Shown here: positions 1 through 8,975 of the stretch, piece after piece
Layout of the letters: each line of letters opens with the position of its first letter
Position numbering within the stretch: position 1 is the first letter of the stretch
From: an uncultured Rickettsiales bacterium
GTDB lineage: Bacteria; Pseudomonadota; Alphaproteobacteria; Rs-D84
Reading direction: 5' to 3'
Length of the DNA: 64,000 nucleotides
NCBI GenBank assembly: GCA_900550565.1
Contig: URSG01000002.1
Location: forward strand, 5,123-69,122
Translations under genes and position numbers: made by a program
Notes under the pieces: generated by a model
The model's database searches: none
Told to the model about the DNA's origin: nothing
The model's input: the letters and a program-made list of their open reading frames with translations, nothing else

Positions 1-620
1 CCGTCTAGTAATTTCTGGGCATATTTTGACAGTGCCAAATTCCACTGTAATTTTTCCTTTTTCTCAATAACCCCGTGACAGCGCGGACACTTGTTATCTT
101 CTAATTCTTCGTTGGTATATGTCGTCTTGCATTCTGGGCACCAATTCATCGGCAGGGCAGATTTATATGCCAATCCTGCACGCCAGAACTGAATAAACAT
201 CCATTGGGTCCATTTAATATATTCTGGGTCAGACGTCGCCACACGCGTTTCTGGGTCAACCGACCAACCAACCCGATCAATCATTTCAGAATAAGACTTT
301 ATCAAATCACGGGCAACGTCCGCTGGATGACGACCGATTTTTGTCGCATAGTGTTCCCCTGCAATTCCCATCGCATCAAAACCCATTGGAAACAATACGT
401 CATATCCACGCGCACGACGAAAACGCGCCATAACGTCCATACCTGAATAATTCATCATATGGCCTGCGTGCATACCTGCGCCCGACAAGAACGGAAATTC
501 AACCAAATTATAAAAGCGTGGTTTTTTCCCATCGTTTTTCGGAACGAACGCGTTTGCATCACGCCAACGACGTTGCCACTTTGCCTCGCGTTCTTGGATT
601 TTCTTGATATCGTCTGCCAT
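1..620 (-). CDS. leuS: Leucyl-tRNA synthetase, N-terminal part (3' end runs off the window)
   Basis: Reverse-strand translation from the ATG at 618-620 gives MADDIKKIQEREAKWQRRW...FPFLSGAGMHAGH (class I HIGH motif)...MGFDAMG...NWCPECKT...CPRCHG, with no stop down to position 1. This is the LeuRS-type order of HIGH motif and zinc knuckle. It is absent from the ORF track because the frame has no stop inside the window. Confidence 0.85.
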   Translation of the reverse strand, partial: MADDIKKIQEREAKWQRRWRDANAFVPKNDGKKPRFYNLVEFPFLSGAGMHAGHMMNYSGMDVMARFRRARGYDVLFPMGFDAMGIAGEHYATKIGRHPADVARDLIKSYSEMIDRVGWSVDPETRVATSDPEYIKWTQWMFIQFWRAGLAYKSALPMNWCPECKTTYTNEELEDNKCPRCHGVIEKKEKLQWNLALSKYAQKLLD

Positions 621-694
621 TTTCAGCCCTTTATATACTTTATAAATAAAAACAGTTTTATTTTATATACGAACACCCACGAATTCAAGCGTTT

Positions 695-1411
695 TTACGC
701 AGAAACCGGCACAAAGTGCGCCAAAAATTCTTCATTGCCACTGCCCCCACGAATAGGCGACGAAATAACATCTTGCAATTCAAAACCATTTGTCCGCATC
801 GCTGCGGTCGCGCGTTCTATTGCATACGCGCGCCATTTTTCAGACCGTATCACGCCACCTGTCTTTGCAGCGATGTTGCGCGGAACCTCAAACTGGGGTT
901 TAATCAGCGCAATAATATTTTTTGCACCCCAACGCGACAACACCGGCGCAATATCCGCCAACGAAATAAACGACACATCAATAACAATCAAATCAACCGG
1001 CGCAACCGGGGCCAGGCTTCTGATATCCGTCTGTTCCATTGACGTGACACGCGCATCTGTGCGTAATTCAGACGCCAACTGGTTCGTTCCAACATCAACC
1101 GCCAAAATATGCGTCGCACCACGCGACAGCAAAACCGACGTAAATCCACCCGTGCTGGCCCCAATATCTAAACAACGCATACCGTCTGGATTTATATGAA
1201 ATGATTCCAACGCACGTTCCAGTTTCAAACTGCCACGGCCAACAGAATAGGGCAACGCCCCACCACACAGCACATCAGAATCCGAAACCGGCATCGCGGC
1301 CTTTTTCGCCACCACACCATTTACAGTGACCAGCCCGGCACGAACCGCCGCCAATGCACGTGCGCGTGTCGGATAAATATTTTGTGCAACTAATGCGACA
1401 TCTAATCTCAT
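695..1411 (-). CDS. tlyA: TlyA-family rRNA 2'-O-methyltransferase (hemolysin A-like; S4 domain plus FtsJ fold)
   Basis: 238-aa product with MRLDVALV...RARALAAVRAGLVTVNG (S4-like) followed by DIGASTGGFT...LAVDVG (SAM-binding Rossmann). Confidence 0.85.
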   Translation of the reverse strand: MRLDVALVAQNIYPTRARALAAVRAGLVTVNGVVAKKAAMPVSDSDVLCGGALPYSVGRGSLKLERALESFHINPDGMRCLDIGASTGGFTSVLLSRGATHILAVDVGTNQLASELRTDARVTSMEQTDIRSLAPVAPVDLIVIDVSFISLADIAPVLSRWGAKNIIALIKPQFEVPRNIAAKTGGVIRSEKWRAYAIERATAAMRTNGFELQDVISSPIRGGSGNEEFLAHFVPVSA

Positions 1412-1440
1412 AACAGGACTATTTTAACGCACACCAAAAC

Positions 1441-2340
1441 CGAAATCAAACAAATTTACCACAGCAAAAACGAACAGCGTAAAAAAATAATTTATTCGCA
1501 AAATACAAATTACTAAACAAATAACTTAAACTATAACATTACGCCCTGTCGCACCAATATACACAAAAACAGCATAAAAACCACCAAAAAAACGCCTCAG
1601 ACCGGCAGAAATCCGCCATTTTTTATTATTTTTCACGCCACAGCAGGGCGATTTTTACATTTTTTCATCTTTTTCCATTACCACCATACCAAACAACACA
1701 AAACACACAGCAATATTATTTATAACACAAATAACAATAAATAATTATGAAATTATAATAAACAAATTCAACTAAATCAAAGGCGTCCAAACGGCCGGAC
1801 TCGGCCAACCAACCAAACCAAAGCCAAAACCACATATAATACACACATCACAAATCGGCCCCAACAGGGCCACCACAATCCACCACACAAACACACACAG
1901 GAAAGCACACACCACAAACACAAACCACGAAACAAATCCATACGAGCCACAAGAGCACAACACCAACGCGGTAAAAAAATCACAAAACCCACAACAAAAC
2001 CATAAAGCACACAAAAAAACACAACAGAACCATTGAAACACACAAAATTCACAAAGACCACAAAGATTACACAAAACCCACCAAACCCCATATTACACAC
2101 ACCTAACTATACATAATATACATTATGCGCCTATGGCGCATCGCATTCCCCCGGATTTTTTAACACCATAAAACACGCACCAAAAACATCAAACAGCCGA
2201 ACAAACAATATGATATTTTGCATTTGTTATAATTTTTGTTAGCCCCGCGTGGCACGCACATCATCCAACAACACAACGCGCGCCCAATCGCACAATCACA
2301 ATTTGCCACACATAACGTAATGCGCATATTTCGCATTTTT
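1441..2340. repeat. Non-coding low-complexity tract; the + strand is almost only A and C (degenerate CACAAA-type repeats)
   Basis: The + strand is nearly devoid of T and G from about 1790 to 2100 and is A/C-dominated from 1441 to 2340. The only ORFs are antisense Cys/Phe/Val/Gly/Trp peptides in two overlapping frames, the usual artefact of a GT-rich strand. Confidence 0.6.
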
Positions 2341-2404
2341 ACCCACAAAAAAACAGGACTCGCGCCCTGTTCTTTTGCTTTATTTATTTTATTAAAAACG
2401 AATT

Positions 2405-2974
2405 TTAACGCTTTGAAATCTTTTTGATTTTGGCAACAGATGAATTTGCCACAGAATTTGCAACCTTGGTCAGATTTTTGATTCCTTTTTTCAATTCGCT
2501 TTCCTGATTGGGCTGTGCCGCGACCGGTTCTACATCTGAACAGCAATTTGGGCACTTGCACGCAGCAATATTTATCATACTTTTGCAATATGGACACGCG
2601 CGCGTCGTTGCAGCCTTTTTGTCGCGCATTTTTGCCACCGCGCGCACAATCAAGAATACCGCAAACATTGTTATTAGGAAACTGACAATGGAGTTCAAAA
2701 ACAAACCGACATTCATCGTCGTCGCACCTGCGGCCTGGGCCGCCGCAACAGTTGGATATTTTACGCCGGCGACGCCACCAGACAAAACAACAAACAACTG
2801 TGAAAAATCAACACCGCCAACCAGCAACCCTATGGGTGGCATAATAATATCTTTGACCAATGAATTTACCACACTGGTCATAACACCGCCGACAATTATA
2901 CCGACCGCCATATCAATGGCACTGCCGCGTTCTATAAAGTTGCGAAAGTCCTTTACGAAATTACTTTTTTTCAT
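2405..2974 (-). CDS. mscL: Large-conductance mechanosensitive channel MscL with a C-terminal Cys4 zinc-ribbon-like extension
   Basis: MKKSNFVKDFRNFIERGSAIDMAVGIIVGG...IMPPIGLLVGGVDFSQ is the MscL signature. The tail contains CPYCKS...CKCPNCC. Start is taken at the MKKS Met (2974); the alternative upstream Met is at 3004. Confidence 0.8.
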   Translation of the reverse strand: MKKSNFVKDFRNFIERGSAIDMAVGIIVGGVMTSVVNSLVKDIIMPPIGLLVGGVDFSQLFVVLSGGVAGVKYPTVAAAQAAGATTMNVGLFLNSIVSFLITMFAVFLIVRAVAKMRDKKAATTRACPYCKSMINIAACKCPNCCSDVEPVAAQPNQESELKKGIKNLTKVANSVANSSVAKIKKISKR

Positions 2975-3554
2975 TGTTTTTTCCGTTTTTATTTTCTGAT
3001 TCATATTGTTCTATTGCACAAATAACCTTGCCCAATGTTTTACGCAAACTCTCGTCACGGGTTTCAACTGTAATATCGGCCAACGCATACGTAGAATAAC
3101 GTTCATTTATTAACTGGGCCAAAATTTTACGACTGTCTGCGTGCAATAATTGTGGACGCGTATCGCGAAAATTTGTTCTTTTTACAAGCAAATCCAGTCC
3201 TGCCTTTAACCAAATTGTCAACGCGCGCCCCGTGACCATTTCACGAACCGCCGGGGTGATAAACGCCCCTTCGCCAGTGGATATAACCTTTACCACAGGT
3301 GGCGTTTCCATCAGGCGCGCAATTATCCGTTGTTCTACGCGACGAAATTCCGCCTCGCCGTACATGGCGAAAATATCAACCACGCTGCAACCGGCTGCCG
3401 CCTCTATCTCTTTATCTGAATCAACAAACGGCACGCCCAGTTTGCGTGCCAATGCACGCCCAACACTGGTCTTGCCAGCACCCATCAGACCAACCATCAC
3501 AATCGGCCTGTCTAAATCAAGTTTCAATATTTCGTTCATACGAAAATCATACAT
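2961..3554 (-). CDS. aroK: Shikimate kinase
   Basis: Walker A GLMGAGKTSVGRALA plus a shikimate-kinase-like body. The start could instead be the internal Met (MNEILK) at 3539. Confidence 0.85.
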   Translation of the reverse strand: MYDFRMNEILKLDLDRPIVMVGLMGAGKTSVGRALARKLGVPFVDSDKEIEAAAGCSVVDIFAMYGEAEFRRVEQRIIARLMETPPVVKVISTGEGAFITPAVREMVTGRALTIWLKAGLDLLVKRTNFRDTRPQLLHADSRKILAQLINERYSTYALADITVETRDESLRKTLGKVICAIEQYESENKNGKNNEKK

Positions 3555-3659
3555 AAATTCACCCCCACAGACAATAAAAAACTACCCTGCTCTTCGTCGC
3601 TTGACAAATATACATTTTGGCACTATATTTAACACACCAGATTACAAAGGACATATAAA

Positions 3660-4427
3660 ATGGCATACAATCTTGAAGGACGCGTCGCGGTTGTCACCGG
3701 GGCAACTGGTGGTATGGGACGCGCAATCGCAGCAGAACTTTACAGACAAGGCGCGACCGTCGTAATGACTGGACGCGATATTGATAAATTAAATAACCTG
3801 CGCGACGCCATTATCAAAAAAGTCACCAGCACTTCGCCAAAAACACCGGCGCCACTGGGGATTTCACTGGATTTGACAGCAACAGACGTTGAAAAAACAT
3901 TGGTAGAATACACAATTCGCGCCACGAACCGTCTGGACATACTGGTCAACAACGCCGGAAATACTGACAGCAAAATGTTTTTGAAAACCAATCACGACTT
4001 TTTAAATCGTGTTATGCACATAAACTTTACAACACCGTATTTTATTATGCAGGCGGCACTGCCACAAATGTTGAAAAACAAATACGGGCGCATAATCAAT
4101 ATAACGTCTATTGCCGGCCACAGTGGCGACGCAGGTCTGTCTGCATACGCCGCGTCCAAGGGCGCACTGGCGGCCGCGTCAAAATCAATCGCGGTTGAAT
4201 ACGGCCGACGCAACATCACCGTGAACTGTGTCGCCCCAGGCACCATTGACACAGACGCAGTCACAAAAATACCAGACGCGCGCCAGGTGGAAATAAAACA
4301 CGCAATTCCACTGCGCCGATATGGCAAACCCGAAGAAGTTGCCGCACTGGTTGCATTTTTGGCATCTGAACAGGCGTCATATATAAATGGCCAGCAAATA
4401 TTGATTGACGGCGGTTTGATACGATAA
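3660..4427 (+). CDS. Short-chain dehydrogenase/reductase (FabG-like oxidoreductase)
   Basis: TGATGGMGRAIA cofactor motif, NNAG, catalytic Y-AASK. A TTGACA-N17-TATATT promoter lies upstream at 3601-3634. Confidence 0.8.
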   Translation: MAYNLEGRVAVVTGATGGMGRAIAAELYRQGATVVMTGRDIDKLNNLRDAIIKKVTSTSPKTPAPLGISLDLTATDVEKTLVEYTIRATNRLDILVNNAGNTDSKMFLKTNHDFLNRVMHINFTTPYFIMQAALPQMLKNKYGRIINITSIAGHSGDAGLSAYAASKGALAAASKSIAVEYGRRNITVNCVAPGTIDTDAVTKIPDARQVEIKHAIPLRRYGKPEEVAALVAFLASEQASYINGQQILIDGGLIR

Positions 4428-4552
4428 AAAAAACATAAACCAGTCCTTAGTTTTTCCCCCACAACGACACGCTGTGGGGTTTTTATTTTTAAATATATAA
4501 AAAATGTGATATAATTCTGGCATAGCAATAATTATTCAAGAGAGAGAATATC

Positions 4553-5680
4553 ATGAAACGAACATCGTTATTCGCATTATCAATATTTATCGCCGCCATC
4601 ACAACTGGGGGCGTCGCGCACGCGGCAAACGTTCCTGCGCACGCTGGCGGTATTTCTGCGCATAACATTCGCGCGATTCAACACACGCTTATGAACAACA
4701 CGTTTCAAACGTTTGAAGGTTCGGTTGCCGCAACCCTGGGTATGCGTGGCACGCTTGGCACATCCCAGGACGAACAGCCGATAAACCCGAAACAAAATTC
4801 GGCCGAACTGTATGGCCGTATACCAATCTATGGCACAATGCCGATGTATGGCGAATATGGCGATGACAGTGGCGTATTGCGCGGTCGCAACGGTGGCGAC
4901 AATATGTTTGAACGCCCCACTCTGCACAGCACCTGGTTAAACTGGCAACACGTTGACGACAACGCCAGTTTTCACGATATGCCGACATTGGATTCTGATT
5001 ACAATTTGATTATGTTTGGATTGGCCGGTGGCGACGCCCAATTTGGCCAGGGAATTTCCGATTGGGGATTGTTTGGTGGCTATATTGACGCGACCCAAGA
5101 AAACGACTTTATCAACATTGATGAAAAAGGCGGCTTTGTCGGCCTTTACAGTGGATACGGGTTTGGTGGCGTAAATGTATCATTGGCCGCAAACGTCGGC
5201 GCGTTATATAACAGTGCGGAATACAACATCCACACAGATGAATATGCAAATTTATTTGCCGGTCTGGGGGCCAAGGTCACGTATAACATCGCACTGGACG
5301 CAACGTTTACATTACAGCCCGGCGTATATGGCGGATACACGTGGATACGTGGCGCAAACTATACGATGTCTGATGGCACGCACGTCGCGAACAATAATTT
5401 TAATATGTTAGAGGTCACGCCCGGCCTGCGCGCAATCAAGCATATTGGCAACAACTGGTTTGGTTTTATCGGCGCGAAATACGTATTCAATTTTGAACAC
5501 GGTGGCGACGCCAGTGCCGCCGGCGCACAGTTGGCTGATTTAGATTCCGATAATTATTCTGAATATGGAATCGGAATTGAAAAATCCATTGACCGTTTCA
5601 ATATGTCTGTCAACGTTGGTCGCCGTGATGGTGGACGCAGTGGCTGGACATGGGGAACCAGTTTAAAATATATCTTTTAA
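4553..5680 (+). CDS. Secreted protein, probable outer-membrane beta-barrel (hypothetical)
   Basis: Signal peptide MKRTSLFALSIFIAAITTGGVAHA, Gly/Tyr/Asn-rich body, C-terminal ...GTSLKYIF (terminal Phe, OMP-like). Preceded by TGTGATATAAT (4504-4514) and an AGAGAGAGAA Shine-Dalgarno. Confidence 0.6.
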   Translation: MKRTSLFALSIFIAAITTGGVAHAANVPAHAGGISAHNIRAIQHTLMNNTFQTFEGSVAATLGMRGTLGTSQDEQPINPKQNSAELYGRIPIYGTMPMYGEYGDDSGVLRGRNGGDNMFERPTLHSTWLNWQHVDDNASFHDMPTLDSDYNLIMFGLAGGDAQFGQGISDWGLFGGYIDATQENDFINIDEKGGFVGLYSGYGFGGVNVSLAANVGALYNSAEYNIHTDEYANLFAGLGAKVTYNIALDATFTLQPGVYGGYTWIRGANYTMSDGTHVANNNFNMLEVTPGLRAIKHIGNNWFGFIGAKYVFNFEHGGDASAAGAQLADLDSDNYSEYGIGIEKSIDRFNMSVNVGRRDGGRSGWTWGTSLKYIF

Positions 5681-5682
5681 AA

Positions 5683-5714
5683 ATAAAAACACCGGCAAAT
5701 GCCGGTGTTTTTTT
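5683..5714. terminator. Bidirectional intrinsic terminator between the OMP gene and prfA
   Basis: A-run, CACCGGC-AAAT-GCCGGTG hairpin, T-run. Confidence 0.75.
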
Positions 5715-6777
5715 ATTCCATATTGGCCAGACGTTCCAACTGGTCAGCCGCAATCAATGCGTCAATCATTTCGTCCAACGCCACACCGCCGGCCAAAATA
5801 TCGTCCAGTTTATACAAGGTCAATTTTATACGATGATCTGTCACACGCTGTTCTGGGAAATTATATGTTCTGATTTTTTCACTACGGTCGCCACTGCCCA
5901 CCATCGTTTTACGTGCGGCATTGCTGGCCCCCTGTTGTTCAGCGCGCTGTTTTTCATACAGTTTTGAACGCAGAACGGCCATTGCTGCGGCCTTATTTTG
6001 AAACTGGCTGCGTTCATTTTGACACGTGACAACAATTCCCGACGGAAAATGCGTAATACGAATCGCACTGTCGGTTTTGTTCACGTGCTGGCCACCAGCC
6101 CCAGACGCACGGAAAATATCAATACGAATATCTTTGTCATCAATGACTACGTCAATATCTTTGGCCTCGGGCATAACGGCAACAGATGCCGCACTGGTGT
6201 GAATACGGCCGCCGGCCTCGGTTTCAGGGACGCGTTGGACGCGATGAATCCCAGATTCAAATTTCATACGCGCATACGCACCAACACCGTCAATTTTAAA
6301 TATAATTTCTTTGTATCCACGCAAAGATGTTGCATTTTCTTCTATAACTTCAACCTGCCAGCCGTGTCGCAATGCGTATGATTTATATTGATTGTATAAA
6401 TCCCCTGCGAACAACGCAGATTCTTCGCCACCGACACCTGCGCGAATTTCCATAATCACACTGTTGTCGTCTGCGTCGTCGCGTGGCAATAATGCGATTT
6501 GTAAACTCTTTTCAATTTCCGGCAACCGATGATTTAATTCTGCCAACTGTTCAGTTGCGATGGCGTGCAGTTCTGCATCGTGTTGCATTTCTGTTGCGTC
6601 AGCGATACCAGCCGTCGTTTGAAAATATTCATTTATCAACGGCAGAATTTCGGTCAATCGTGAATATTCTTTGGACAACTTGGTCAGTTCATCACCGGCC
6701 ACATTACCCGAATTCATCTGGGTTTCTATTTCAGATGCACGCGCCTGTATGTCTTTTAATTTTTGTTCTATAATCAT
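5713..6777 (-). CDS. prfA: Peptide chain release factor 1
   Basis: GGQHVNKTDSAIRITH (GGQ motif), RF1-type PxT region, 354 aa. Confidence 0.95.
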   Translation of the reverse strand: MIIEQKLKDIQARASEIETQMNSGNVAGDELTKLSKEYSRLTEILPLINEYFQTTAGIADATEMQHDAELHAIATEQLAELNHRLPEIEKSLQIALLPRDDADDNSVIMEIRAGVGGEESALFAGDLYNQYKSYALRHGWQVEVIEENATSLRGYKEIIFKIDGVGAYARMKFESGIHRVQRVPETEAGGRIHTSAASVAVMPEAKDIDVVIDDKDIRIDIFRASGAGGQHVNKTDSAIRITHFPSGIVVTCQNERSQFQNKAAAMAVLRSKLYEKQRAEQQGASNAARKTMVGSGDRSEKIRTYNFPEQRVTDHRIKLTLYKLDDILAGGVALDEMIDALIAADQLERLANME

Positions 6778-6789
6778 ATACTTATACCA

Positions 6790-8085
6790 TTATGCTAATA
6801 ATTTAATTAAATCAGATAGTTGCATTGTTTGCTGTTCCCCAGACTGCATATTTTTTACCGCAACAACACCTGCCACGCGTTCGGTTTCGCCGACAATTAC
6901 GCTGTATGTAGCACCGATTTTGTCGGCATATTCAACCTGGTTTTTGAACTTTTTATTTGTATCCAGATACGACACAGATGCAATTCCGTTATCACGCAAT
7001 GCGTTCAACACAGATGATGCATACGCCAAATTTTCATCACCCATTACCAAAACCGCAGCCGTGATTGGCGTCCCAAAATTCGTCAAATCAATCTGGCCTG
7101 ATTCCAGCAACGCGACAAAGATTCGTGAAAAACCAATCGCCGCACCAACGCCGATAATTTTCGTCTTTGAAAATTTTCCAGCCAAATCTGCATAGCGTCC
7201 GCCCCCGGCCGCTGTTCCCAATTCTGGGTGATTTATCAATTTGAATTCAAACACCAGGCCCGTGTAATACGCCAGACCGCGCGCGATTGATAAATCAATT
7301 TCGGCATTGTTCACACCCATATCACGCAACACGTCCACAAAATGCGTCAATTCACTAATCGCGGCGTCCAGTTCGGGCGTCCGGCCAACAAATTCGGCAT
7401 AGCCGCGCACGAACACAGATTTAATTTCATCTTCTTTGACCGGGTCATTTAACGCGTCGCCCAGTCCAGCCGAAAATTCGTCATCGCCCATCGCGTCTTT
7501 TTTATCAATCAACACGAAAACAGATTTTTTCTGGGCGTCGTCCAGTCCCAGGTGTGCAAACATTGCGTCCCAAAACGGACGCGACCCAATCAGCACGCGT
7601 GACGGCCCAATAAATTCAGACACAGATTTTAATGCACGGTCAATCACAGAAATAATTTCTGCATCATAATTTGCAGACAGCGAATTTATACCCATAATAT
7701 CCATATCCATTTGGTAAAATTCGCGATAACGACCCTTTTGTGCGCGTTCCCCACGATAGCGTTTTGAAAACTGTGATGCGCGGAACGGAAACACTAAATC
7801 GTTCAGGTGTCCTGCGACATAGCGCGACAATCCAACCGTCCCATCATAACGCAGTCCCATTTTTGTATCGCCCTTTTGAAACAGAAACATCTGGGTTTCA
7901 ATTTCGTCCCAGTTATCTTTATCGGTCAAAACCTCGGCCCGTTCAATGGCCGGCAAATCCAGTTGTGAAAACCCCGCAACACGCAACACATCTTGCATAC
8001 GGCGCGCACATTCATCAAAGCAACGCTGTTGTGTTGGTAATAATTCTATGAAACCCGACAATGGTTTCGTTGGTTTTAATTCCAT
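6790..8085 (-). CDS. hisS: Histidyl-tRNA synthetase
   Basis: 431 aa; class II HisRS-like N-terminus MELKPTKPLSGFIELLP and an anticodon-binding C-terminal domain. Confidence 0.9.
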   Translation of the reverse strand: MELKPTKPLSGFIELLPTQQRCFDECARRMQDVLRVAGFSQLDLPAIERAEVLTDKDNWDEIETQMFLFQKGDTKMGLRYDGTVGLSRYVAGHLNDLVFPFRASQFSKRYRGERAQKGRYREFYQMDMDIMGINSLSANYDAEIISVIDRALKSVSEFIGPSRVLIGSRPFWDAMFAHLGLDDAQKKSVFVLIDKKDAMGDDEFSAGLGDALNDPVKEDEIKSVFVRGYAEFVGRTPELDAAISELTHFVDVLRDMGVNNAEIDLSIARGLAYYTGLVFEFKLINHPELGTAAGGGRYADLAGKFSKTKIIGVGAAIGFSRIFVALLESGQIDLTNFGTPITAAVLVMGDENLAYASSVLNALRDNGIASVSYLDTNKKFKNQVEYADKIGATYSVIVGETERVAGVVAVKNMQSGEQQTMQLSDLIKLLA

Positions 8086-8261
8086 CTTGTTATTCCTGTG
8101 GTTTATATGGAAAACTGTGACATATCAATGTCAATTATATCATAAAAAATAAAAAACGCTAATACCCACGCCGTGCGGCGTGATGATGTGCAAAAAATAC
8201 AACTGCGCGTTTAGTCATATTGAGATCCTAGCCGAAATTTGCGCTTTTTCAAGCGTTTTTG

Positions 8262-8969
8262 TTAAAAATATTGGTGTAATTGCGCGCCATTGACCGCCAG
8301 CCAGCGTTTTGCGCGCCCCACCCCATCGCCATACAGCGCGGCAACCGTCGCCCAAAATTCTGGCGAGTGATTCATATGCACACGGTGCGCCAATTCGTGC
8401 ATCACGACATAGCGCATCACATCAGACGGCGCAAACGCCAACCGCCACGAAAAAGAAATCGTCCCGGTTGACGAACAACTGCCCCAGCGACTGGTTGTGT
8501 CGCGCACCGCAATTCGTGTCGGCCACAGTTCGCGTGGCGCAGTCTTTATCATCGCACGCACAGCGACCGCAAATTCCGCCTTTATAAAATCGCGCACGCG
8601 ACGTTCAAACATATCGGCATCACCACCAACGGTCAACACCCAACCGTCGTCTGTACAGACCAGTTTATTAGAACGCTGTCCCGGCGTATGCATCAACGTG
8701 ACACGCCGTCCCAAAAATTCAATCGTGCCACCCGGGCGCACGTGCGACTTTTCAGGCGCGGCCGCAAAAATACGTTCCAGCCACCTGCGCTTTTGTTCCA
8801 TAAAATGCACCGCAGACCCCGTTGTCGTCAACCACGGTTTTGAAATATGAATCGCGCGACTGGGACGCGTTTTTGGACGCAATGTGATATTACGCAACCC
8901 ACGACGCGTTTCAATTATAACGGGTATATGTTCACCCCACGATGTAATAAATTCCGAATCACCAGACAT
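8262..8969 (-). CDS. YgjP/DUF45-family (SprT-like) zinc metallohydrolase
   Basis: VVMHELAHRVHMNHSPEFW matches the DUF45 HExxH...NHS..FW signature. Confidence 0.75.
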   Translation of the reverse strand: MSGDSEFITSWGEHIPVIIETRRGLRNITLRPKTRPSRAIHISKPWLTTTGSAVHFMEQKRRWLERIFAAAPEKSHVRPGGTIEFLGRRVTLMHTPGQRSNKLVCTDDGWVLTVGGDADMFERRVRDFIKAEFAVAVRAMIKTAPRELWPTRIAVRDTTSRWGSCSSTGTISFSWRLAFAPSDVMRYVVMHELAHRVHMNHSPEFWATVAALYGDGVGRAKRWLAVNGAQLHQYF

Positions 8970-8975
8970 AACGCG

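Noticed and set aside
1772-2100. Two overlapping minus-strand ORFs (100 and 107 aa) encoding Cys/Phe/Val/Gly/Trp-rich peptides
   Set aside because: They lie on the GT-rich complement of the A+C tract. Both frames are open simultaneously, and there is no Shine-Dalgarno, no domain and no conservation logic. This is a composition artefact.
2160-2597. 145-aa minus-strand ORF
   Set aside because: Overlaps the 3' end of mscL in another frame and extends into the low-complexity tract; no features of a real gene.
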